NCBI GenBank assembly: GCA_001804125.1
Contig: MHFI01000036.1
Span: forward strand, 23,123-87,122
Direction: 5' to 3'
DNA from: Omnitrophica bacterium RIFCSPHIGHO2_02_FULL_51_18
Lineage (GTDB): Bacteria; Omnitrophota; Gorgyraeia; 2-02-FULL-51-18
Length of the DNA stretch: 64,000 nt
The position numbers were made by a program, and so were the translations under genes. The notes beneath the pieces are model-generated. The model was given only the letters and a program-made list of their open reading frames with translations. It was not told the origin of the DNA and searched no databases. This document shows, piece by piece, positions 10,050 to 17,316 of the stretch. Position 1 is the first letter of the stretch; the number at the start of each line of letters is the position of its first letter.

Positions 10050-10088
10050 ATCTTGGCTGTCCTCGGCGGCTTCCTTGAGCATATCCCG
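10050..10088 (-). pseudogene. 39-bp remnant of an antitoxin gene (38/39 identity to 11353-11391 inside the relB-like antitoxin).
   Basis: Direct sequence identity: atcttggctgtcctcggcggcttcyttgagcatatcccg. Encodes ...IRDMLKEAAEDSQD on the minus strand. Confidence 0.55.
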
Positions 10089-10120
10089 TCGGATAATTTA
10101 TTTTTAAGGTCCACCTTGAG

Positions 10121-10525
10121 TCACTTTAAAATATTCAAAAATTCTGCCGGGGAGACGATCTTAAAATCTAGCCGCGGCGGAATTGTTTTTAAATCCAGAT
10201 CTCCTGTAACAATGTGACTTGCCTTTGCGCCCACAGCGCAGGCGATGAATTTGTCGTCACCGGGATCCCGCGAGATGGGTTGGGATAATCTTTGGTCGGA
10301 GATCATATAACAAATCTCCGGAAGAAGGGTTGGCCAGTCACGCTCAACAATGGGGCTCGTGCCTTTTTTACTGAATCTATCAATCACCTTAAGATACTCC
10401 TCATAAATGGACGGCGTTATGCACGCGGTAAACTTGACATCAAGCCAGGCATCAACAATACGGCCCGGGATTCCGCCAAAATAGATCCCTGAGATAAGGA
10501 CATTGGTGTCTAAAACGACTCTCAC
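10121..10525 (-). CDS. PIN-domain toxin (second copy, same family as 9309-9713).
   Basis: MRVVLDTNVLISGIYFGG... Overlaps the antitoxin by 4 bp. Confidence 0.75.
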   Translation of the reverse strand: MRVVLDTNVLISGIYFGGIPGRIVDAWLDVKFTACITPSIYEEYLKVIDRFSKKGTSPIVERDWPTLLPEICYMISDQRLSQPISRDPGDDKFIACAVGAKASHIVTGDLDLKTIPPRLDFKIVSPAEFLNILK

Positions 10526-10800
10526 TTTGATTCGGTTCTCACCTTACGAATGGCTTCTTTAACATCAGCCGGAGTGAGCCCTGCCTTCCTAGCCCAGGCT
10601 CTCGACTCTTTGACTAATTTTTTAGCTCTTTCAAGAGCGGGACGCTCGATCTTCTTTAGGATCACAGTGTCTTTCTCCCCCAGGACGATAAACTTCTCCC
10701 CTTGAGTGAGATGAAGCTTAAGCCGAATCGTCTGAGGTAACACTACCTGCCCTTTGGATGAAAGCATTGTAACTTCAAGGTGTTTCATGGATTCCTCCAT
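10522..10800 (-). CDS. AbrB/MazE-type (SpoVT-AbrB fold) antitoxin.
   Basis: SSKGQVVLPQTIRLKLHLTQGEKFIV swapped-hairpin motif. Confidence 0.65.
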   Translation of the reverse strand: MEESMKHLEVTMLSSKGQVVLPQTIRLKLHLTQGEKFIVLGEKDTVILKKIERPALERAKKLVKESRAWARKAGLTPADVKEAIRKVRTESK

Positions 10801-10864
10801 TTCTTACTGGTAAGAATACCATACCGGATGCTAAAATTCAAGTTTTTCTCTGGCTGGATTTGTG

Positions 10865-10911
10865 TAGAAAGTCAGTGGATTCGATGCGAGCGATGTCAAT
10901 ATTTAGGGACT
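10865..10911. repeat. Copy R1 of the 46-bp motif GGATTCGAKGYGAGCGATGTCAATATTYAGGGACTGRCCCCTAACC.
   Basis: 42/46 identical to 13668-13712. Contains TTGACA on the minus strand. Confidence 0.6.
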
Positions 10912-11002
10912 GGCCCCTAACCCACGTTTTTTAAGTTTTTGACAGAACGCCATTCCCCTCTTTCGTAGGAATCGAGCACCTTCGTTTTCTATACCTTCAT
11001 AC

Positions 11003-11263
11003 TTAGAGATTTTTGTAGGAGCCTTTTCTATTTTTTACCAAGAGGATATGAATTTGTTTTTCCTTTGTGTTTGGAGAATAGAGGATTCGGTAGTCCCCCT
11101 GCTGCACTCGGTATAGATTGTCTTTACCGGAGATTTTCTTGGTGCCGCTTGGAAATGGATTCTTAGAGAGGTCTTGGAAAACCTCTTTTATTTTTTTGAC
11201 ATCATAGGCTGGAATCTTATCGAGATCTTTGAAAATCTTTTTCTCATAAAAGATTTGGTACAT
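11003..11263 (-). CDS. RelE/ParE-family toxin.
   Basis: 86 aa ...LYRVQQGDYRILYSPNTKEKQIHILLVKNRK. Start overlaps the antitoxin stop. Confidence 0.7.
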   Translation of the reverse strand: MYQIFYEKKIFKDLDKIPAYDVKKIKEVFQDLSKNPFPSGTKKISGKDNLYRVQQGDYRILYSPNTKEKQIHILLVKNRKGSYKNL

Positions 11264-11514
11264 TACCGAATATTTCTCTTGGAGAGGTATTGATCAAACT
11301 CTTTTTGAGAGGCAAACTCGGCGGTTTTAAGCCTACCGCGGGCCATGGAAATATCTTGGCTGTCCTCGGCGGCTTCTTTGAGCATATCCCGGATGGCTTT
11401 GGCAATAAAGAAGTTCATTTTGATACCGTGATTTTCACAGTATACGGATAATTTATTTTTAAGATCCACTGGAATCCTGGCGGCCAAAAAAACTTGTTGG
11501 GCATGAACGGCCAT
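11263..11514 (-). CDS. Antitoxin partner of RelE (RelB/DinJ or RHH-like).
   Basis: 83 aa. Position and 1-bp overlap with the toxin. Confidence 0.55.
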   Translation of the reverse strand: MAVHAQQVFLAARIPVDLKNKLSVYCENHGIKMNFFIAKAIRDMLKEAAEDSQDISMARGRLKTAEFASQKEFDQYLSKRNIR

Positions 11515-11589
11515 TGCGTATCTCCTTTGTTATATTATGATATAAAGATATATCATATTATCGTTCGCTTGTCAATACATCCATGGTGT

Positions 11590-11771
11590 TTTTTAATTCA
11601 GGGGACACTATACATAATTCAGACTCGCACAACCCCCTGCCTTTTCTTCGGTCCCGGCTTTGCCTTCTTCAAAGGCCTCTTTTTTAATTCAGGGGACACT
11701 ATACATAATTCAGACTCGCACAACCCCCTGCCTTTTCTTCGGTCCCGGCTTTGCCTTCTTCAAAGGCCTCT
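11590..11771. repeat. Tandem 91-bp direct duplication (2 units) covering the last 20 codons of the RAYT gene, its stop and the REP-like terminal sequence.
   Basis: Units 11590-11680 and 11681-11771 are identical by eye. Confidence 0.85.
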
Positions 11772-12438
11772 TGATCAGCCTTTCCAGCTTTTCAACGAAG
11801 CTCCCGTCTCCGAGCGGCCTTCCCGTCTTTGCGTACTTGTCCAGCATATCAGATTCTTTATCTATGCCTGATCTTAGAAAATTGTTCCAATCACGAATTT
11901 CAAGATCCAAGAAACACCTCGAGAGTATGGGATCGGAGCTTCCTAAGACATGCGCCGCAGCACTCGACCATTTATAATCGTGTGCGTTTTTAGCTATTCC
12001 TGCCTTCACCGGATTATTCTCTACATAGCGTACGGCGGCATAAAGGTAATTTTCATCCATCGGAAAACTTGAAAATCGTCCTTGAAACAGATACCCTCTC
12101 CACCCTCCTCTAAAATTTATCATCCGCGAGTACAATCGGTGAGTTTCTGCAAAGGCTCTGCAAAAGGTCTCCTTATCCGATGGCACAGCCACAAAATGAA
12201 CATGGGTGTCCATTAGACACCAAGCCCAAATACTGACTTCGTTGATCTTAAGATGTTTTTGTAGGATATTCAGATAGGCAGATTTGTCCTCATCCGAAAA
12301 GAACACAGGCTGATTTCTGTTCCCTCGCTGAATGACATGATGGGGAATGTTTTCTGCGACGACACGCGCTATACGAGCCATACCTTGGGATATTACTCGC
12401 AGGAGGACGATTGGTCAATAATTAAGTATAGTGTCCCC
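11601..12438. mobile_element. RAYT/IS200-like element bounded by 13-bp perfect inverted repeats GGGGACACTATAC.
   Basis: IRs at 11601-11613 (and the duplicate 11692-11704) and at 12426-12438 (reverse complement). Encloses the Y1 transposase gene. Confidence 0.65.
11710..12381 (-). CDS. REP-associated tyrosine transposase / IS200-like Y1 (HuH) transposase.
   Basis: HuH motif HVHFVAV and a downstream catalytic Tyr region (YxxxY). 223 aa. Confidence 0.8.
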   Translation of the reverse strand: MARIARVVAENIPHHVIQRGNRNQPVFFSDEDKSAYLNILQKHLKINEVSIWAWCLMDTHVHFVAVPSDKETFCRAFAETHRLYSRMINFRGGWRGYLFQGRFSSFPMDENYLYAAVRYVENNPVKAGIAKNAHDYKWSSAAAHVLGSSDPILSRCFLDLEIRDWNNFLRSGIDKESDMLDKYAKTGRPLGDGSFVEKLERLIKRPLKKAKPGPKKRQGVVRV

Positions 12439-12448
12439 GAAATCGAAG

Positions 12449-12742
12449 TTAAGCTGCTCTTAGAGCTTCTAGGATCGCATCGGGACGCTTGGCGGCAATG
12501 GCTAAAAGTGCGCGCGCAGCTCCTTCGGGATAAGTTCGTCCCTGTTCCCAATTCCGCAAAGTTGCGGGGCTCACGCCGATAAAACGAGCAAATTCAGATT
12601 GGGATACATGGAGTTTTCTCCGTACCGCCTTCAGTCGGATGGGTTCAAACCGAATCACCCGCCCGGGTTTGTGTTTACCCGCACGAATAGCCCGCGCCTG
12701 GTTAATGCTCCTAAGCAGGTTTTTAAAACCTAGTTCTTTCAT
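12449..12742 (-). CDS. higA: HigA-like HTH (XRE family) antitoxin.
   Basis: HTH: LHVSQSEFARFIGVSPATLRNWEQGR. Lies downstream of the toxin, which is the HigBA gene order. Confidence 0.65.
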   Translation of the reverse strand: MKELGFKNLLRSINQARAIRAGKHKPGRVIRFEPIRLKAVRRKLHVSQSEFARFIGVSPATLRNWEQGRTYPEGAARALLAIAAKRPDAILEALRAA

Positions 12743-13059
12743 AATACCCCCTTTACCACGTAAGCGCTCAAAACTTTCAATTGGTGTTTGGTCAAATCCC
12801 CTTGTTTGCTCTTTTCATAGGCATAGATCATGTAAAGCCGCTCGGTTGAGAAACAATAGTAAATCACTCGGATGCCGCCGCTTTTGCCTTTTCCCTTTTT
12901 GCCCGAGCGCCACCGGATCTTACGCAAACCTCGCCCGCCGGGAATAAGATCGCCGGCCTTCGGATTTCCCGCCAACGCGGTTTGCAAACCCCAGTACTCT
13001 TTCTCACTCAATAATTCACAAATAAGCTTCGTGAATACCGTGGTTTCTATAAATTGCAT
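12739..13059 (-). CDS. higB: HigB/RelE-family toxin.
   Basis: 106 aa with GGIRVIYY..ERLYMIYAYEKSKQGDLT. The toxin-first gene order is typical of HigBA. Confidence 0.65.
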   Translation of the reverse strand: MQFIETTVFTKLICELLSEKEYWGLQTALAGNPKAGDLIPGGRGLRKIRWRSGKKGKGKSGGIRVIYYCFSTERLYMIYAYEKSKQGDLTKHQLKVLSAYVVKGVL

Positions 13060-13074
13060 CTTAGCCGTCTAAAG

Positions 13075-13101
13075 CAAGTATACGCTATCAGCGTATACTT
13101 G
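13075..13101. promoter_or_regulatory. Candidate HigBA operator: 12-bp perfect inverted repeat CAAGTATACGCT-atc-AGCGTATACTTG.
   Basis: Lies 16 bp upstream of the higB start. Confidence 0.5.
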
Positions 13102-13138
13102 TCAAGTGAGGTTGTAATTTCATATATAAACCATAATG

Positions 13139-13372
13139 CTAAGTCGTGTACTGCGCGGCGTAAGTATCAAGCAGTGTTCGAATGATTTTTTGATAGGGGG
13201 CGTGATATTTACGCGCCGTTTTCTTAAAGAACCGAACACTTGATTTGCTCAACACCATCGTAACTTTCACCGGCTCTTCCTTGAAGGCCAGCTTCTCAGG
13301 CGGAGGCAGAAAGTCCTTGATGATACGAAGCTTACCTATGGGTTCATTCGTGTATTTTATTTTGTGATTCAT
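13139..13372 (-). CDS. brnA: BrnA-type antitoxin.
   Basis: FLPPPEKL...VTMVLSKSSVRFFKKTARKYHAPYQKIIRTLLDTYA matches the BrnA family pattern. Confidence 0.6.
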   Translation of the reverse strand: MNHKIKYTNEPIGKLRIIKDFLPPPEKLAFKEEPVKVTMVLSKSSVRFFKKTARKYHAPYQKIIRTLLDTYAAQYTT

Positions 13373-13447
13373 AAATCCCCTTTCCTCTGCGCCAATAACC
13401 GGCTCCAAAGATACGGATTGCGTTCGCCCGATAAGTGAAACGTACTG

Positions 13448-13504
13448 TTAAAACACCCTCTCCGACCTGGCCGAAACATCAGGTTCCCACTCAAAATGCG
13501 TCAT
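13448..13504 (-). pseudogene. Truncated brnT toxin remnant (18 codons, MTHFEWEPDVSARSERVF-stop).
   Basis: My own translation. The MxFEWD..K start is characteristic of BrnT (DUF497). No ORF of 60 aa or more is present where brnT should lie. Confidence 0.4.
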
Positions 13505-13544
13505 AATCTCACAACTAATGAAGAGTATACATCATATATGGTAA

Positions 13545-13566
13545 TTTTACCATATAAATTTATGGA
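13545..13566. promoter_or_regulatory. Candidate BrnTA operator palindrome TATATGGTA-n4-TACCATATA, next to a TATACT -10-like box.
   Basis: 9-bp perfect inverted repeat directly upstream of the brnT remnant. Confidence 0.45.
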
Positions 13567-13667
13567 ACTTAATATGGACTGATCGGCTTGGGATGACCCT
13601 TAACTCTTTCCTTTGAAAGAAAACTCGAGATGACAGAGGAGGACCTGTGGCGACTAAACTATTGCGC

Positions 13668-13712
13668 GGATTCGAGGTGAGCGATGTCAATATTCAGGGA
13701 CTGACCCCTAAC
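13668..13712. repeat. Copy R2 of the 46-bp GGATTCGA...GGGACTGACCCCTAACC motif.
   Basis: See R1. Located at the island boundary, just downstream of the SBBP gene stop. Confidence 0.6.
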
Positions 13713-13720
13713 CGTTTTCT

Positions 13721-16030
13721 CTAATTCCCGGCGATATGGAGCGGGTCGGAAATGCTTGCGCCCTCCGATAATTCCACGACAAAGCCTTCGTCGCCGCCGC
13801 TGTAGGTACCTTGGAAGGCAGTGACGGGCGTCTCCCAATCGGTGGTATTCGGAGAATACCCGCCGGCGTATATTTCGCTGCCATCGACAGCCAGAGATCT
13901 GACATAGTCGTTACCCACACCGCCTAACCAGTGGCCCCCGTTAAGAGTAGGAGTAGTGCCGTCAGCGATTTTCACGACGAAGCCTTCAGCACCGCCGCTG
14001 TGGTTACTGCCCGACTGGAAAGGGACACTCTCCCAACTGGTGGTACTGCCAGAATACCCGCCAGCGTATATTTCATCGCCGTTGACAGCCAGATCGTAAA
14101 TTGCATCACCACCTGTGCCGCCCAACCACTGGCGCCAGTTAAGAATGGGGGCAGCGCCGTCAGCGATCTCCACAACAAACCCCTCCCAGCTGCCGCTGAA
14201 ATTACCCTGAGAGGGGTTAACAGGTGTCTCCCAACCAGCGGAATTGTCAGAATATCCGCCGGCGTATATTTCATCGCCGTTAACAGCCAGGGCTCGAACT
14301 GAATCACTGCCTGTGCCACCTAACCACTGGCGCCAGTTAAGAACGGGCCAGGGACTGCCCTCAACAATCTCCGCGACAAAACCTTCGCGGCCGCCGCTGT
14401 AGTCACCCCCGTAGCTTGTGAAATTATCCCAATTAGTGGATTGGGAAGAATACCCACCGGCGTATATTTCATCACCGTTAACAGCCAGTGCATCAATAGA
14501 ATCATCACCACCTGAGCCGCCCAACCATTGGGCCCATGCAATAGCGGGTGTAGCGCCGTCAGCGATTTCCACGACAAAGCCTTCCATTCCTCCGGAACCC
14601 CCGTAGTCGCCTCGGAAGTAGGTTTCACCCCCCCACGTGTCGCTACCTTCAGAATCCCCGCCGGCGTATATTTCATCGCCGTTAACAGCCAGGGCTTGAA
14701 CTGAATCTTGACCTGCGCCGCCTAACCACAGGCCCCAGCCAATGGTGGGGACAGCGCCGTCAGCGATTTCCACGACAAAGCCTTCGTTGATACCGTTGAA
14801 TGGCTCTTGGAAGGCGGGACCATCCCAACTGTTGTCACTGGTCGAAGACCCGCCGGCATAAATTTCATCGCCGTTGACGGCCAGGGCGTAAACTCCATCA
14901 TTACCCGATCCACCCAACCACTGACCCCAGTTAATTGTGGGGGTAGCGCCGTCTGCGATCTCCACGACAAAGCCTTCGGTGCCGCTGCTGTGGGTGCCCT
15001 TAAAGGAGGCGAGACTATCCCAATTGGAAGCGTTACCGGACCACCCGCCGGCATAAATTTCATCGCCGTTGACGGCCAGGGCGTAAACTCCATCATTACC
15101 CGATCCACCCAACCACTGACCCCACTGCAAGGTCGGGTCAATGAGGAGTGGGTAGGCGGACAAAGGCTCGTGGATGGAAAGAAGGAGTGTTCGTTCATCC
15201 AGAAGGACGGGGTCTACTTTTTTCTGCGCGCCGTCCGCCGTCCAGTAGAGAAAGGGTTTGATGCGGGCCACAAGCTCATCTTTTTCAATAGCGACCCCTT
15301 TGGGGAGCGCTTTCCGCACTGTGTCGATGAGTTCCCGCCTTTTTTTGGTGTCTCTCGGGTCAATGCCCTGGATATTGACGATCGCCTTTTGGTAGATGCC
15401 CACAGAGCCGTCTTCGTCTTTTTTGAATTTGAATATCTTGGGATAAGAAGCTCTCCCGGCCGAAAGAGACCAGACATACTGAGTCACGTCATTGTGGTTC
15501 GGCCTTTTGGCGTAGAGCCATTCATTAAGAACTACTTCCCCTTCCCCTGTCCTGCCCTGGGCGTAGGCAATGGCGTCCGTGGGGCGCTCGTAAACCAGCC
15601 AGTCGCGGTTAGGGGCGCTAAAAACTCTTTGAGTGAATGGCTGGCCGGTATTCTTGAGGGTAAGGTCAAAAGAGACTGTTTCCATGCCAAGTTCAAGCAG
15701 GGTGCGTTGTTTCACGGTGGTGGAGAGAGTGTCGAATAAGGTGCGGATTTTAACGAAAACATTTTTTTGTCCGGGCGCTCTCCTAATGGCGAGCTCGCTC
15801 GTAAAGCCCGTGCCGCTGGGACCCTGCTCTATTCTTTCCGCGGAGACGATACGGCCATTCATTAGGCTTTGTTTTTCGTCCATGAGGCGTAGGGCGGATA
15901 CGAGTTCCTGTGAGAGCCCCGGCAGTGACAAAGGCAGGAGCGCCTCAGGCCCCGCCGCGACAAGATTTGCCTTGACGATGAGTAGCGAACCGAGCGCCAC
16001 TAGCCACAAGACAGCTTTTCTTTTATGCAT
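13721..16030 (-). CDS. Secreted SBBP beta-propeller repeat protein (8 repeats), a candidate pilus-associated adhesin.
   Basis: Signal peptide. Repeated WGQWLGGSGNDGVYALAVNGDEIYAGG units. Lies at the distal end of the T4P gene cluster. Confidence 0.7.
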   Translation of the reverse strand: MHKRKAVLWLVALGSLLIVKANLVAAGPEALLPLSLPGLSQELVSALRLMDEKQSLMNGRIVSAERIEQGPSGTGFTSELAIRRAPGQKNVFVKIRTLFDTLSTTVKQRTLLELGMETVSFDLTLKNTGQPFTQRVFSAPNRDWLVYERPTDAIAYAQGRTGEGEVVLNEWLYAKRPNHNDVTQYVWSLSAGRASYPKIFKFKKDEDGSVGIYQKAIVNIQGIDPRDTKKRRELIDTVRKALPKGVAIEKDELVARIKPFLYWTADGAQKKVDPVLLDERTLLLSIHEPLSAYPLLIDPTLQWGQWLGGSGNDGVYALAVNGDEIYAGGWSGNASNWDSLASFKGTHSSGTEGFVVEIADGATPTINWGQWLGGSGNDGVYALAVNGDEIYAGGSSTSDNSWDGPAFQEPFNGINEGFVVEIADGAVPTIGWGLWLGGAGQDSVQALAVNGDEIYAGGDSEGSDTWGGETYFRGDYGGSGGMEGFVVEIADGATPAIAWAQWLGGSGGDDSIDALAVNGDEIYAGGYSSQSTNWDNFTSYGGDYSGGREGFVAEIVEGSPWPVLNWRQWLGGTGSDSVRALAVNGDEIYAGGYSDNSAGWETPVNPSQGNFSGSWEGFVVEIADGAAPILNWRQWLGGTGGDAIYDLAVNGDEIYAGGYSGSTTSWESVPFQSGSNHSGGAEGFVVKIADGTTPTLNGGHWLGGVGNDYVRSLAVDGSEIYAGGYSPNTTDWETPVTAFQGTYSGGDEGFVVELSEGASISDPLHIAGN

Positions 16031-16043
16031 GGCTCCCCTTTCT

Positions 16044-16079
16044 TTCCCCTTAATAATAGATCACGGGGACACCCATTTT
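16044..16079. repeat. REP-like perfect palindrome GGGGACACCCATTTTCCATTGGAAAATGGGTGTCCC.
   Basis: 36-bp hairpin in the spacer between two co-directional genes. May act as a terminator. Confidence 0.8.
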
Positions 16080-16106
16080 CCATTGGAAAATGGGTGTCCC
16101 TTCTTG

Positions 16107-16871
16107 TTAAGAATAGTTCAGCAGGTACCCGCAGTAATATTTATCGGTCGTGCCATTATAGGTCAGCGTGATGATATCGACCTTGCCCGCGCCCGAGAGC
16201 GTGGGGGCCGCCGCGCCGCCGGGCCACGAGACATTGCCCGGCCAGGTGATGGTCCACGAACCCGCGCCGCCCTGCCGTATCGTGAGGAGGTACCGTCCGC
16301 CGTCGACCGGGTTCGAAAGCGTAACCGTGCGGTTACCCGGGATCGTGACGTACTGAACATTCCCGTTATTCCAATTCACCTCGACCGGCTCCGTATCGCC
16401 CAACGTGTGTTTAGTCGAGTTGTACTGCCCCTCGACCAGAATGTTGCCGCTAAATGAGCTGGCGGCGGATCTGACATTGAAGTTGTCCATGACCCAGCCG
16501 TTTGTGCCGTCTCCTCCCCAGAACCTCAAATTTTGTGTTGCCCCCGCGTCACCGTCGAACCCAACGTCAAACGCCCCCGCGCCGCCCCCGAATTCTCCCA
16601 TAAGAATTGTGTCGCCGTCGGAGGAGGCGATTCTCACATTTCCCGAGACATCGAGTTTGCTGGCCGGCGTCGTCGTCCCGATTCCGACGTTGCCGGTCGA
16701 GGTGGCGAGCACTGTCTTGTCGGTTGAGGAGAGTTCTTTATAATTTCCGTAGGGCGAGGGGTAATAGGCGGTGATTTCAACCTCTTCGGCGAGGGCGCCG
16801 GGCGCGATGAAAATGAAAGACAGTAAGAGCGCCGCCGGTGCGTTAAGAAAAAGACGGTTTATTTTTATCAT
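16107..16871 (-). CDS. Secreted Gly/Thr-rich protein with a tail-fibre-like NVGIGTTTPASKLDV motif.
   Basis: Signal peptide MIKINRLFLNAPAALLLSFIFIAPGALA. No enzymatic motifs. Confidence 0.45.
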   Translation of the reverse strand: MIKINRLFLNAPAALLLSFIFIAPGALAEEVEITAYYPSPYGNYKELSSTDKTVLATSTGNVGIGTTTPASKLDVSGNVRIASSDGDTILMGEFGGGAGAFDVGFDGDAGATQNLRFWGGDGTNGWVMDNFNVRSAASSFSGNILVEGQYNSTKHTLGDTEPVEVNWNNGNVQYVTIPGNRTVTLSNPVDGGRYLLTIRQGGAGSWTITWPGNVSWPGGAAAPTLSGAGKVDIITLTYNGTTDKYYCGYLLNYS

Positions 16872-16893
16872 TGGAAATACCTCCTTAATCTTT

Positions 16894-17316
16894 TTAAAGG
16901 CCGATAGACCGGCATACCACTGTTCTCAGGTCCGTTGTTGCGTCTACCTTGCTTATGGTGATAAAAACATCATCCGCCGCTGTTTGTGCCGCATCCGCCG
17001 TATCCGTGTCAAGATCGATGTAGTAAACCACCGGACTCGGCGGCCAATCCGGGTCCGTAAAATCCCCCCCTGATGACCCGGGGGGCACCTGGTTTCTCCT
17101 TATTCGCTCGAAGGCGTCCACCATCCCCGACTGCGCGCGGTAGTAATTCCTTACACGTGCTCCGACGACCGATTCGGTCACTTTTCTCTGCTGAAAACCG
17201 GTGTCGACGGCGAATAGGGCGCTGAGGGTGAAGAGAAACAGCATCATTATCGCGAAGATCATCGCGACGCCTCGTTGGCTGCGTATCTTAGCTTGCTGAC
17301 GCATGTGCGGTGACAT
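16894..17316 (-). CDS. PilX-like minor pilin / pilus assembly protein.
   Basis: N-terminal hydrophobic helix GVAMIFAIMMLFLFTLSALFAV. Position in the pilin gene string. Confidence 0.5.
   Translation of the reverse strand: MSPHMRQQAKIRSQRGVAMIFAIMMLFLFTLSALFAVDTGFQQRKVTESVVGARVRNYYRAQSGMVDAFERIRRNQVPPGSSGGDFTDPDWPPSPVVYYIDLDTDTADAAQTAADDVFITISKVDATTDLRTVVCRSIGL

Noticed and set aside
10865-10911. TTGACA hexamer within the 46-bp R1/R2 motif as a promoter -35.
   Set aside because: No acceptable -10 hexamer at 16-18 bp spacing in either copy. Kept as an unexplained repeat rather than a promoter.
14807-15739. 310-aa plus-strand ORF (and several other plus-strand ORFs of 60-150 aa across 13.9-16.5 kb).
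   Set aside because: Lies antisense to the SBBP repeat gene. The repetitive Gly/Ala/Val-rich DNA yields long stop-free antisense frames. The translation is low-complexity with no motifs, and every real gene in the window is on the minus strand.
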